DNA of 64,000 bases from the human T2T-CHM13v2.0 reference genome, Homo sapiens. Position numbers and translations under genes: made by a program. The notes under the pieces are model-generated. The model was given only the letters and a program-made list of their open reading frames with translations, was not told the origin of the DNA and made no database searches. The stretch lies in the NCBI RefSeq assembly GCF_009914755.1, contig NC_060927.1, one strand, 5' to 3'. Positions 1 to 22,012 of this stretch are shown in pieces; within the stretch, counting starts at the first letter, position 1, and every line of letters begins with the position of its first letter.

Positions 1-263
<263 letters not shown>

Positions 264-987
264 TCACTAATTGGGGTTGTGTTTAAGGGCATTCAAACCT
301 CTGAAATCTCTTCCATCTGCAGGTCTAATTATTTGGTTACTCTTTCAGTACATGTGTGCAGGAAGCATGGGGGGAAAGAAAACTAATCCCTCTCCAAAGT
401 CTTCTTTGAATAGGTATTATGTTTGCATTTTCATACATGTTAGTTCACTTAGTCTTCACCATAGGCTTTCTAGGTTGGTATTATTCTTAGTCTACCTAAG
501 AAGTTCACAAAGGTTAGGTGACATGCTCCAAGCCACACAGATGATAGGCGGCACAACCAGATGATACTACAGGTCTCCAGATGAGTGAGCCAATGATTAC
601 ATAGTTTGTTCCCCAGCCCCTCCCCAGTGTAGGTAAAGTGCCTGCACTGCTCACTGGGTCATCAGAGCAAGTTGCTCCCACTGCCCTCTTGGTCTAACGG
701 CTAGAAACAAAGCTGCAACAGAGGCCCACTCCTACTAGGAGACAGGCATTTTAATTGGCACCTCCTTACAAAGGCTCCAGTGTTCTAGAGCTTTGCATAC
801 AGGAAGATTCTCGTTGAACAATGAAGCCAAACCTCGCTTCCAAAATTCCCAGTTTGGTAGTTCACTGTGGATGAAGAGGCCGGAGACACCCTTAGACAAG
901 CTGGGACCGTGATGATAGGAACCAGTTTGTGAAGGGAGGAGGCTGGGCTAACAGGATCTAGGGAGATAGATGATATCTGGACCTTAG

Positions 988-1313
<326 letters not shown>

Positions 1314-2279
1314 AAGATCATTTGATGTTCTTGGGTGAATGGCCACTTTCACCTGGATCCCACCAATTTTTGGTGCCCTAGGGAGCATGATCCAGAGTTC
1401 CCTCAAGACAGAGGATGTGCTAAAGGCAAACTCCAGAGGTCATCCTATCCCCATGCCTTCCGCCTTTCTAAAGAGAAGCTCTTCTGCCCTGCTGTTACCA
1501 CTCAGTACTCTAGATTAAACCTGTTCCCCACGTTCATTCTGTACCCATGACTATATTTCTGCTTCCTGGAAAGTTGTAGCCATAGGAATGAAAAACTCAC
1601 CAATCAGTTGTGGTCTTCCTGAGGCAAGTCAGTCACCTTCCTACTCTGGTATCTTCCATGGCTACCAGCTGGCCACAGAACCAAGCACTGACTCACCAGC
1701 CTCCAGTCTGGTTCCTTTTCAGCCTTTTTGCCACCCCTACAGCCCATACTACATCATCCATTCTGGCCATCTCAGATTCTTCCTTGCTAGCTCCCACCTT
1801 TCCCTGCATCCAGTCCTCTGTACTATTTCATCTATTTGAACACTCTTTTCTCCCTGCATCCTGGGTCTCCATTCAAATCTTCCTCTTCCCTGGAAGTACA
1901 GCTTCAGTGGTTAACATCACAAAGCAAAGCTGACTTCAGCAAACTTTCCAAGACAACCAGGGACCAACACAGTTCAGATTAAAGGGGATAAATAAAGTGG
2001 CTTTAAGATCACTTGTAGTTCAGAGGTCACCCAGGGGATTAGGATCTATGCAGAGACCTGCAGAGCCACGCTGCTTCCCCAAGGGACCCCCTTCATGCTG
2101 CTGGAACTTGCCCTACCCCTCAGGAGAAACTGGGCTGCTGTAGCTGCGTCACGCAGGCGGCTGTGGGCCAGCCCGGAGCAAAACTGTGTTGCTTGGCATT
2201 TCTCCACTTCCTCTCGTGGCCGACGTCATTCTGTGACTGTGCAGGGATTCATGCTCGCCATTGCACTCCACAGTGAGAT

Positions 2280-3129
2280 ACTTGAATTGATTTAAAATTT
2301 ATTCACCCCAGTGTTCACTCCCACCTTAGCCCCATTCCATGCGCCCTTACCCTTACTCATCGCAGTATCAAAATAACTCCCAAATGGGATTGCTGTGCTT
2401 GAACACCTCCCATCATGCCTCTTACCTTCTGCATGCATTTAGTTAGTTCCTGAAGCATACAGCCCCCTCACCTGCAAGCCCCGCCTCAGCGCACACCCTT
2501 GCCAGGTTGGAGGAAGTCCTGGTACCCGGAGCAGTTTGCTTTGTTTTTGCAGTGTCAGTGATCTCACAAGCACTTGGTTGGCCACACAGTCCTATCGATA
2601 ACTTCCAGCAGATAACCCAAGTGGGTGACTGGGGGGTGGAAGCCAGGTCTCGGTTCCTGTGTGTGACCCAAGGCCCCCCAGCACAGGGCCCACCCTCTCA
2701 TCTGGCTCAGCCAGGTCTTGCAGAATGGGCTCTGCTGAGATCTAACCAGACACATTTGCTATCTGTTAGGTGAGCTCATTCCTGGAACCTAGCAGGTATT
2801 CCGTTCATGGCTGACTCTCAAGGGAATGAAGGGAAAAGGAAGAGCGGGTCTGAGATCCTTTGGATTATCTTTACGAAGCAAAAACTTCTGTGAACTGTGA
2901 TCTTCAGAACGAATGCTGGGCCTATCCAGGTCTGTCCGCAGTACCCAAAGTCGTAGCTCCGTGATGAGCTATGATGTAGCCCAGCCACACTCAGTGACGG
3001 CTCCTGGTTCCTCACTTGCCAGGGCAGCTTCAGTTCCTGCCGCGGTGTCAGTGCAGATTGATTCCCGCTGCGTTACTGAACGAACTCCTGACCCTGGGCT
3101 CTGAGCTGATGAGCTGGCTCCAGAAGGTG
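2280..3129 (-). other. TMEM44: TMEM44 3' UTR
   Basis: Unique sequence between the stop codon and the first minus-strand AATAAA; 3' end approximate. Confidence 0.7.
2298..2303 (-). terminator. TMEM44: TMEM44 poly(A) signal AATAAA
   Basis: TTTATT on the plus strand about 830 nt after the stop codon. Confidence 0.75.
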
Positions 3130-3240
3130 TTAATCATCATCACTCAGGTGTGCTGTCCTCACAGAGTCCTGGTGCACCTGGGATCCCAGTAGCTCCACAT
3201 TTTCTTTGCTGCCTTCGAGGTTCACATCTTCAGGGTCCCA
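3130..3240 (-). CDS. TMEM44: TMEM44 last coding exon (WDPEDVNLEGSKENVELLGSQVHQDSVRTAHLSDDD*)
   Basis: Acceptor TTTTCTCCATAG|TGG; TAA at 3130-3132; core spliced product is 428 aa. Confidence 0.94.
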   Translation of the reverse strand, partial: WDPEDVNLEGSKENVELLGSQVHQDSVRTAHLSDDD

Positions 3241-3570
3241 CTATGGAGAAAAGATGCAAAGGGTAGCTGGGTGGAACGGATAGATGCTTCTCATCTGTCA
3301 TAACCCCTGACCCAAACAAAAGCTCCAATCTTGGTTCTCATGATCCAGGCACAGACAAGGACAAAAGGGTAAGGACAAGTTACCCAGGCCTGTGTTTCTA
3401 GGACCTAAGGAGGCAAGCATAACTTTACATCAAGCAACTAATGAACAACCACCCTAAACATAACAGCTTCACTTTCCTTCCCGCCCTCATTCTCCACTCT
3501 TCTCTGCCTCTACCAAGTCCTTATCTAGTGACACTGAGTCATGTTCTCCTTATCCTGACTCCATGCCTAA

Positions 3571-3899
<329 letters not shown>

Positions 3900-5501
3900 T
3901 TCAACCTATTCTTTATGGGCCAGGTAAATACCTCTTCCCCCAGGAAGCCTACCTTGACCGTGTTAGCCCATTGAGCTCTCACCTGCCTTTCTCTTTGTAT
4001 TACCTATTCCACTGATTTGCCCCTGAGCACGGACAGCCCTGGCGTTTATGCGGACATCTGCCTTGTTGTCTCAGGTAGATGATGGGCTCCACGGGAACAG
4101 AGCAAACGTTCGCTCCTGCTCCTACACGGTGTTTCCTCTAAACCTGAGGCTCAGCCGACTTGTCATCACTTAAAACCCAATTCAGAGCGGGGGGCACTGC
4201 CAGTGAATAGTTCATCACCGACTCAGGTGGGTTTGGGAAGTTGAAATTTGCAGGGGTGAGTGACGGGTTAATACAAGTGGGCACAGAAGCATTGACAAAG
4301 CTGTCTGTGAAGCCCTCCTGCTGTTCTAAGATGATGGATTAGAGCCCAAGGGGATCCTTGGTGTTACCTTTGAGGTTCCAGCCATGGAGGCAAGTAGGGG
4401 TTGGGCTCCAGTTCTCCTCCTGTCACTAATTTGCCTTCGTTTTTGGGGCCTCAGTTTCCCCATGTGTATGCTGTGGTATTGGATCAGCAACGAGATAAGA
4501 AGATCTCTCCCATTTCCAAGCGTCTATGATGATTCTGAGGCACAAGGTCACATTTGACAGTACTAGGAAACCCAGGAAACAAGAAGCAAAGATGACAAAG
4601 GATGTGTCTGCCTGGGCAGACGATCTATTTGGACAAGATAATAGACCCAGGCATGGACATGCTCTCCAAGAAAGATGCCCTGACAGCTGCTCACACTGAA
4701 GCTGAATCGAACATTCCAATCCTTAGAGGTTCCAGCGAAGATCTTGAAGTCTCCCTGAGCCATTGACACAATGGCCATGCCATCCCAGTGATAAAACACA
4801 AATTGTGGCCTTGTTTTGGACAGAAATAAAGAGCCCAGTTTGTTAGTGATTTACTGATAATAACTGAATCGAGTACTAATACTTGGCGATTTTAAAAGCC
4901 ATCATGTTAAAAAGACCACCTGATTCCCAGTGACCCTGCAGTGACTGGGTTTGGGCAGCTCGTCCCCTGCACCTGTTTGGGGCTGTGCCAGCCACTTCCA
5001 GTGAGAACATCGCATTAACTTGCGGTCGCAGACCTGGCTGGACCCCTTGAACCAAATTCCTTTCTGACCTTATCAGACCCCAAATAAAAGAGCTCACCAG
5101 GCCCCTCAGCCTACGTGACCCACCTGCCCAGTGAAAAAAGTAGGGCCCTGTTCTGTTCTCTGAGGATGGTCAGTGTGCTCTTTGATGAAAACGGTTTCTA
5201 AGCTGAGGCCTGAGACCTAGATCATTGTTCTCACAGCGTGTGCTTGACCAGCCACACCAGAAGCACCCAGGCTGCTGGCTAAAAACACTGATGCTGGGGC
5301 CCACCCTAGCCCCTGGGTAGGGGGTAGAGACCTAAGGTTTGGCATTTTTACAAGCTCCTAGGGTGATTCTTAGATGCCCTGATGATTGAGAACCACTGCT
5401 CGAGCTTCTTAAATGGCTGCTGAAGAATGATTCTTGCCAACCGTGACCAGTTCAGCAGCCTGCAGACAGAAACCTATCACTTTGATCAGGTGAGCTCTTT
5501 A

Positions 5502-6522
<1,021 letters not shown>

Positions 6523-6536
6523 TAATAAAATCATTG

Positions 6537-6842
<306 letters not shown>

Positions 6843-7219
6843 TCATTGCTGGAAACCAGGCATGAAGAGAATCTGAGCAAAAGATCCATTTTCATATCAG
6901 AAACAATCCTGGGAGATGACAGGCACAGGTAGTTGTCACAAAACATGCCTGTCACTTGGAGGCAAGGGTGGCATGGAGACAGCAGCCAGCTGCCCAGGGT
7001 CCCAGAATGACAATGTCTGGAACTGTTTATTGCAACAGCTACTGCAGCCATGCCGGCCACTACTACTGTTGTTCCAAACCATGTTTCTTCACTGGGTTAC
7101 ACGTCTTCTTGGAGTCCCTATTACTTGGGCTTACCTGAATACCCCCAAAGCAGAAAGAACTCTGACCTGAGAGAGCCCTGAAAATCCCATTCATCCTCAG
7201 TCTTGCCTCTCATTTTGAC

Positions 7220-7511
<292 letters not shown>

Positions 7512-7639
7512 TGACATTCTTTTTTTACTGAAGGAATTTGTCATGGGTCTAGCCATCTAACAAGGTCTAACAAAAACAGGAACTGAAATCAAGCCATAGG
7601 AAGTCCCTCCTGGAAGAGAAAGAGCATGATCGTCCATAC

Positions 7640-7672
7640 CTGCTCCGAGTTTAGGGCCTCCCAATACTTCTG
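7640..7672 (-). CDS. TMEM44: TMEM44 alternative microexon (Q)KYWEALNSEQ, 33 or 30 nt
   Basis: Polypyrimidine tract followed by a tandem CAG CAG acceptor; donor CAG|GTATGG; both lengths are multiples of 3 with no stop. Confidence 0.75.
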
Positions 7673-8420
7673 CTGCAGAATAAAAAGAGAGACAGAAAAA
7701 GCGTTGGACAGATTTTGCCACCATCCCACAGCAGAGCAGAGCTCAGGACCAGCTCCTGTCTGCTCAGTGAGCCAGGAGACAGGCCCTTAGATGGTTGGGG
7801 GCAAAGGAACAGGTGACTTCAGCAAGCAGGAAGGCAGCAGCTACTAGCAGTTACAATTTAGTTAAATGATCAATGAGATAGTTATGATAATTATGAAGGG
7901 CTGCACGTCCTGGGAAAAATTACAATCTATCAAGATTTAAAAATTACTATTAGTAGAAATTATTATTATTATTAGGAGGAGTAGCAGTAATAATAATAAA
8001 TCTCCCATTTATTAACCACATGGCTGAGATGATTCAACTCAAACCCATAAAACTGAGATGCCAATAAAATTCCTGCCTTGCAAATATGGGGTATTTGCTA
8101 CCAGCCAAGATTCATTTGTAGTCAGTGTTTACTGCATGGTTGGTTCCACTCCAAACCTCAAATATGTCTGACTCAAGTTCTTGCAGGGCAGGCATCACGT
8201 CTGCCCTTGTTACTCCAGCACCTCCTGCAGCGCCTGGGAAACATATGTTTCTGACATGAGCTAAGAATCTATGAATATCTGTTACATTGATCTGGGAATG
8301 TCTATTAAATTAAATAGCAGGCAGTCCGAGCAGTCCACAGGATTTAGGGTTATTATCACATTAAAACAAAAGCATGTTCAACTCCTTAACATTTTTCATT
8401 AAAAAAAATCAATTAATTAA

Positions 8421-9077
<657 letters not shown>

Positions 9078-9496
9078 AGGCGTAAATCATTTCATCCACA
9101 AATATTTCAAAATGTATCTCATAGATAAGGACTTAAAAAAAAAACCTAAGCACAATGCCATTATTATACCTAACAAAATTAGTGATAATTCCTTAGCATT
9201 CTTCATCTAACACTATCCTGCTGAGGGAACATAAACTGAAAAAAAAAAAAAGATTAATTGGAAGGGATACAAATTACTAAACTGATGGTTCCACACACTC
9301 TGGAAAAGACAGAAATGCCGATGATATAAAGGAGGGTTGAAAAAGTTAACTTAGCGAAAAAGTTTATTTAAAGCCAAGCAAACAAACAAGCAAATAAATA
9401 GGCTCGAGTCTCCCAGCTGTGCTGAAATGAAACCTTGAAACTTCCTTTACAACGCTTAAATCTTCAGCGTTATGGGCAATCTAAAATTTAGGAAGA

Positions 9497-9510
9497 GCGC
9501 CCTCTAGTGG
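9497..9510 (-). promoter_or_regulatory. CTCF core motif CCACTAGAGGGCGC
   Basis: Near-consensus CTCF core in otherwise AT-rich intron 9 sequence. Confidence 0.7.
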
Positions 9511-10245
9511 GAATAGTCAGTATTTTTAAAGTTACTTTATAAACCGCTAATGATAGTGTGCCTAAGGAGTACAATTAACCCAAATCTTTGTAACTGAGGT
9601 CTCTCCTCAACCCCCCAGCCTAAAAATAAATAAAATTATATAGTCTTTTCCCTGTTTCAAGAGCAAATGTGTTCATTATAGAACATTTTTCAAAAAACAA
9701 AGATCTACCAAAATTCTATCCTTAGAAGAAGGCCTCTACAAAGATTAAATATGCCTCTGAAACATGTATGTATTATGTATAATATAATAAAAGCAAATGG
9801 CTTTTCTCCTTTAACATACAATGAGCATTTCCACTTGCCCTTAAAATCATCTTCAGAAACATGATTCTATCACCTCCTCAAACCACTGCATACGGCATTT
9901 TAATTTGCCTCATGTCTAAAAGCACATTTTTCCTTGCTTCTGAAATCTAGAAGCATCCTATAGCCTTTGTCTATATAGCATGTAGTAATGTTTCTTTAAT
10001 TCTGGAAGAGTTTAGGATGTGTCTAAGTTACTGAGGAAATAGGGTCACTTTCTAGGTTTAAATTTTCGACTGTGGAAGCTGGATGGGGCCTCAGAAACCA
10101 TTTGTCCAACTCTTTACTCTTACGTTTGGGGAGAAGTGACATCTCCACAGTCTTGGGGAGGTGAGATGGTGCTCGACTTGGGATGGATTGTAAAGTTTTA
10201 AGACTGGCCAGACATACATCAGCTTCAGTTCTCATTCTCTCTCTA

Positions 10246-12423
<2,178 letters not shown>

Positions 12424-14131
12424 TCAGCAGTTTCAATGCTGGGGTAAGTCAAGCCTGCATTTATAATATAGGTTCTGGCTGTCCCAGAAAGTGAGGGGTC
12501 ACTCCCATAAGTCCTGCTCTCTCTGGGCCTCTGTCACCTACATGTAGACCCCAGGCACGGGACTCTGAGCTCAGGAATCTTTATTCAACATCTGTTCATT
12601 GTGCCCTTCGGATGGCTTTGCCAGGAGTGAGGCTGACGTTGTATTGAATGGGTGGGCTAGTAAATGAATGAATGGATGGATCCACAGTCTCCGTGGAGTA
12701 TGCCGTCTGCTATGGAGATGTACAGAAATCTGCACAGCCCAGGAAAAAGCCCTCTCTACACAGTTACTGGTCACACTGAGGCTCCCACATGACATGATTC
12801 GTCTGGTACCCTGACCAGTGCAGTCAAGTTCTCCCTCCACGCGAGCCCCACATGCCCACGGTCCTGTCTGTCTCAGCCGTCTCCTGTTCTGACACTCCTT
12901 GAGAACAGAGTCAGAGCACAGCTGGAGTGAAAAGACACCTGGGCAGAGGGTCCGTTTTCTCGTCTGTAAAATGGGAATAATGGATAATAAACATGCTCCT
13001 GCACACCTCCCCGGGTACCAGTCTCTGCCGAGGCAGTGGAGTGCAGTGGTTAATAAGAGAGGCTTCAGAGCAGACAGAACTGGGTTCAAACCCCAGCCCT
13101 GCCACTTCTTCTTATCACCATTATTATGTTTTCTTAGGTAAGTGACTTAAACTTACCTAGTCCCAGTCTCCTGACTCAGGCTGTTAAGGCAAACGGTGCT
13201 AGGAAACAATAGCCCATACCGTGCCTAGCATAGTCACTGTTCGCAATGAGCACCGCTTTTCTTGTTAATGGATTTCAAACACTTTATGAACTGGAATGCT
13301 GGGGGTACCACGGCGTGTTGAGGCACCACTCAATTCTCCACTTCCCCTAGCGTACTGCAAGAAGTATTCAAAACAGTCGGTCCATGCCCCAAGAACTTGG
13401 ACATAAAACCACCACCCCATCCCAGAGTTAAGTTACCAAATCAGAAAGGACCATAGATAAGGTAAACACGTCACCTTAAAGACACAGAGTGGCTCCCAGG
13501 CCCACAGGCCCCGACAGTGGGAGTCAGAGAGCGTTCACTCATCAACCCAAGGGATCAAACGGAAGCCGAGTTGGTGAGTAAAAGACAGACAACGGGAGGT
13601 GGCTGAGGGAACCGCAGCCAGCCTTGGCAGCCAGGCCAGGGGCAGTCCAAGAGCAGAGACAGACACCCTGGGTGATCTGACCCCAACGCCATGAAATATT
13701 TGAATTATGCAATTCTCTTGGGAGCAAAAGAAGTCACGAACCAGAGGAAGTGAGGACGTAAGGCCCTGACATCAATCTTATGCTCTGTCTCTCCAGGGTA
13801 TGGTCCGGAAGAGTAAGGCGGGGGACCAGACTCTCAACTGTGACTGGTTTACCAAGTGCCTGCCACCCTATGCGGTGGGCTGGGGCCAGTCTATTGGTCC
13901 CTCACGGATGTTTCCTTCAAAATCCCACTGGCAGAAAATGTGCGCTGCATGAGTGACCCAACAGCCAGGCGAAGTGTGGTGACACTTCACCTGCTCAAAG
14001 ACACCGCCTCGCCCACCTTCGGCCGCAGACGAACCAGGATCTTCAAGGAATATTGCTTCAAGCAAATAGGGGGGCATGTCAGGCCGGCCCAACCTCACCA
14101 CCTGGAGGCGGCCATTGGTTGGTAGGCTTGA

Positions 14132-15403
<1,272 letters not shown>

Positions 15404-15757
15404 TTACCAGAAGGACCAGGGGATCACACGCCTGAAAAAAGATTTCTTGCTCATTTGTTGTAAGTCTATATTCAGTCTATATTTGAAACTTTACAATCCT
15501 GTTTGACCTGCTATTATCTATGTTGAGTTTGGTATTAAGCTATCTCTTTACAGGACCTCAGCGGCTTTGTCATTTGTATTATCTGTATGTTTTAGGGCAT
15601 GAAGGAGGAAGACTGTGGTGGGAGGTGGGTGAGGGTTATGCGGAGGGAGGCTGCAGCTGCTGAACTTCTAAAAATATATTCCTTTTGCATGGGCAAAAGC
15701 GTTCATTTCCACTTGCTTAATTTAAGTATGTGACCCTGTCTTCTTGGAATTTACTTG

Positions 15758-16361
<604 letters not shown>

Positions 16362-16801
16362 GGAATTTACATATTTTTAACAATCGATTTCTAGAAAAGA
16401 GAGAGATAAGAGTAGAGAAAGAACAAAGACTGAAAAACAAGAAAACAGCCCAAATCAGCCATAAGGACAGATTTCTGAATTTTTCAAGTTCACCGTGCAG
16501 TCCTTACCTCAACTGAGGGTGGGCGGCAAGAGTCAACCTTGTTTCCACAGAACAAATGTTGCTTCTCCCTCCCCGTCGCCATCCCTGAGTCACCAACTTC
16601 ACTGTCCCTGCTCACTGAATGCACTCTGCCATCATGCTCACTCCGGTCCCCTTTAGCCTTAGATCTCCGCCAAGACTGCTGGCTCCAGGCTGCCAGCCAC
16701 GTGCCTTGGGTACCCTACAAATTCTGAGACCGGATCCAAGAACCACACAACACAGAATGATACAGGAATATGAACCCAAAGGATGCAGAGTCCCTAACTC
16801 A

Positions 16802-19070
<2,269 letters not shown>

Positions 19071-19109
19071 TGAGAAAGGGCAGGCAAGGACACGTAGTTT
19101 AGTTTTGAT

Positions 19110-19680
19110 GGTTGAATTGTCAAAGCATTCACATACTTCAGTGTTCAAAATGTACAAAAGGGTGTGCAGGGCAGCATCTACCTGTGCTCTCCTGCCCTGG
19201 CCATCCAGTTCTCCCCAGGGCAGCCAGTGCCCTGTGTCTTGTGTATCCCTCCAGATACTCTATACATATACAACCAAATCCACGTACACATATTTCCCCC
19301 GATTTCCAAAATGATAGCACACACTCCATTCTCTTAAGCACCTTGCTTTTTTTCACCTAACACTATGCCTTAGAGATAGCTCTGTATCAGAAGATTTGGG
19401 AGGTTTTTGGTAGCATTTCAGGTGTTCCCAGTCTATTAACCCATCCCCTACTAATGGGTGCTTAATGTGTTTCCAGTCTCTTGCTTTTGCAATCAATACT
19501 GACTGCAGTAAATTACACTGTACATCCAAGATTTCAGAGTAAAGGATAAATTCCCAGAGGCGGAATTGCTGGATTAAAGAGAGTATGTACATTTGAAATC
19601 TGTATAGCTACTGCTAAAAACGCACCCCATAGAGGCCTTCCTCATGCCCACCAGCAGGGGATGAAAGTGAGTTGGGATGA
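19110..19680 (-). mobile_element. Old L1M-like fragment
   Basis: Degenerate L1 3' UTR-like motifs, e.g. GGATAAATTCCCAGAGGCGGAATTGCTGGAT. Confidence 0.55.
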
Positions 19681-19720
19681 AATAGGAAGGTTTAAGGTAG
19701 AAAGAAACTTGTGAGATTTT

Positions 19721-19820
19721 CTATGTATCTATGTATCTATCTATGTATCTATCTATGTATGTATCTATCTATGTATCTATCTATTTATGTATCTGTCTAT
19801 CTACCAATCTATCTATCTGT
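19721..19820. repeat. Degenerate (TATC/TATG)n microsatellite
   Basis: Read directly. Confidence 0.9.
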
Positions 19821-19993
19821 CTCAGACCAAAGCTTCCCCCCATGGGCTCATGGGGACTCCTCAGAGATCTACAAAGCTCCACCAGCTGAACTTTTGAAGT
19901 CCTGCAGGATTCACATCATTCCACTGACACGTGACAGAGCAGACAACCTGCTTTCCAGACCAGCATCTTCCACTAATTAACCATGTGATCTAA

Positions 19994-20340
19994 TGTATTA
20001 GTTTGTTTTCATGCTGCTGACAAAGACATACCCAAGACTGGGAAGAAGAAGAGGTTTAATGGACTTACAGTTCCACATGGCTGGGGAGGCCTCACAATCA
20101 CGGCAGAAGGCAAAGGAGGAGCAAGTCACGTCTTACATGGATGGCAGCAGGCAAAGAGAGAGCTTGTGTAGGGGAGCTCCTCTTTATAAAACCATCAGAT
20201 CTCGTGAGACTAATTCACTGTCACGAGAACAGCACGGGAAAGACTTGACCCCATAATTCAATTACCTCCCACTGGGTCCCTCCCACAACACGTGGGAATT
20301 CAAGATGAGATTTGCGTGGGGACACATCCAAACCACATCA
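19994..20340 (-). mobile_element. THE1-family MaLR solo LTR
   Basis: TGTATTAG...AAACCACATCA termini and THE1 internal motifs; near-identical 5-bp flanks TCTAA/CCTAA. Confidence 0.88.
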
Positions 20341-21274
20341 CCTAAGAAAGAAAGTTGTCCTCTCTGAGTCTCAGTTTCCTCATCTATAAAAGGGGATGAT
20401 AATCCCTGCTTTGCCTCCAGTGAGGGGGTGTCATGGGGCTCATATGTAAATGCCTGGGACACATGAGGAGAATGGCTATGAGTACTCGACCCAAATCCAG
20501 CGGGGCTTCAGCCCTTGATGGGTTAGGTGCACAAGCTCCTGTCAGAGTCAGGTGGACTGGCAGAGAAAATCCACAAGAGAAACAAAGGCAGCATTCTGGA
20601 AGCAGGAACACAGGTGAGGGGCCACCCTGCTTCCCAGCTGGGAAGGATGCTGAAACAGAAGGCTCTGGATGGGAGTGGGGAAGCAGATGCCTCCCAGGAA
20701 CAACAATGACAAATTCTATAAATGCCCAAGGCCTGACCACACCTGCGTCAAAAGATAAAACAGAATTTTCAAACACTCCAAGCCGAGGATGCAGGATTTG
20801 ATCCATATGGCCCCATGGGACCCCTCTGCCCCTCTGGAGGCTCAGCCTGAACCACAGTGCTGCTCCCCCTGCGTCTCCTGGAAAATCGCTCCTTAGGACC
20901 AGTGCTCAGGGGGCTTGCTGGGAAAACAAGGGAGCACCTCTGCAGCTCTCCTTACCCATTTCCAGATGGCCCTTCTAATGGGATACGTATCAGTGGACAC
21001 GGCCAACAGGGTGCCTGTTTCCCCACAATCTTGCCCATTGGGATATTCACATTACAACAGTGTTTAAAACTGCTAACCGAGCAGGTACAAAGCGGCAGCA
21101 CAGAGAGCATATTCTCTTCATAAAAGCCCAGGTCCCTGAATCGGGCAGGCTTAGTTTGAATCCTCTTTCTGTGATTTTTCTAACTGTAGGATCTTGGGCA
21201 AGTTACTTAACCTCTCTGTGCCTCAATTTAAAATAACATTATTAATTGTTAATAAAAAAATAATAATAGATACA

Positions 21275-21625
21275 GGCCAGGCACGGTGGCTCACACCTGT
21301 AATCCCAGCACTTTGGGAGGCCAAGGCAGGCGGATCACTTGAGGTCAGGAGTTCGAGAACAGCCTGGACAACATGGCGAAACCCCTTCTCTACTAAAAAT
21401 ACACACACACAAAATAGCCAAGCATGGTGGCATATGCCCATAGTCTCAGTTATTTGGGAGGCTGAGGCATGAGAATCGAGAATCTCTTGAACACAGGAGG
21501 TGTGGGTCACAGTGAGCCGTGATTGTGCCACTGCACTCCAGCCTGGGCGACAGAGCGAGACTCTGCCTCAAAAAAAAAAAAAAAAAAAGGAAAGAATAAA
21601 AGAAAAAATAAAAATAAAACAAAAT
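21275..21625 (+). mobile_element. Alu
   Basis: Alu consensus match. Confidence 0.88.
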
Positions 21626-21647
21626 AGAAATAATAATAGTATCTCTC

Positions 21648-22012
21648 TGCTATGGTTTGGATGTGGTTTGTTTGGCCCCAGCGTGTCTCATGTTGAAATG
21701 TGATCCCAGTGTTGGAAGTGGGGCCTGGTGGGAGGTGTCTGGATCCTGGTGGAAGGGCCCTTCTGGTAAGTGAGCTCTCACTTTGTTCTGCAAGAACTGC
21801 TTGTTAGAAAGAGCCTGGCACCCCTTCCTCTCTCTCCTGCCATGTGAAGCCTGCTTGCCTTTGCCTTCCCCCATGAGTGGAGGCAGCCTGAGGCCTCACC
21901 AGTGCAGATGCTGGCACCACGTAAACATGCAGAACCACGAGCCACATAAACCTCTATTCTTTCTAAATTACCCAGCCTCAGGTGTTCCTTTATGGCAATG
22001 CAAAACACACTA
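21648..22012 (+). mobile_element. MST-family MaLR solo LTR
   Basis: TGCTATGGTTTGGATG start, GGTGGGGCCTGGTGGGAGGTG-like core, AAATTACCCAGCCTCAGG end. Confidence 0.82.
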
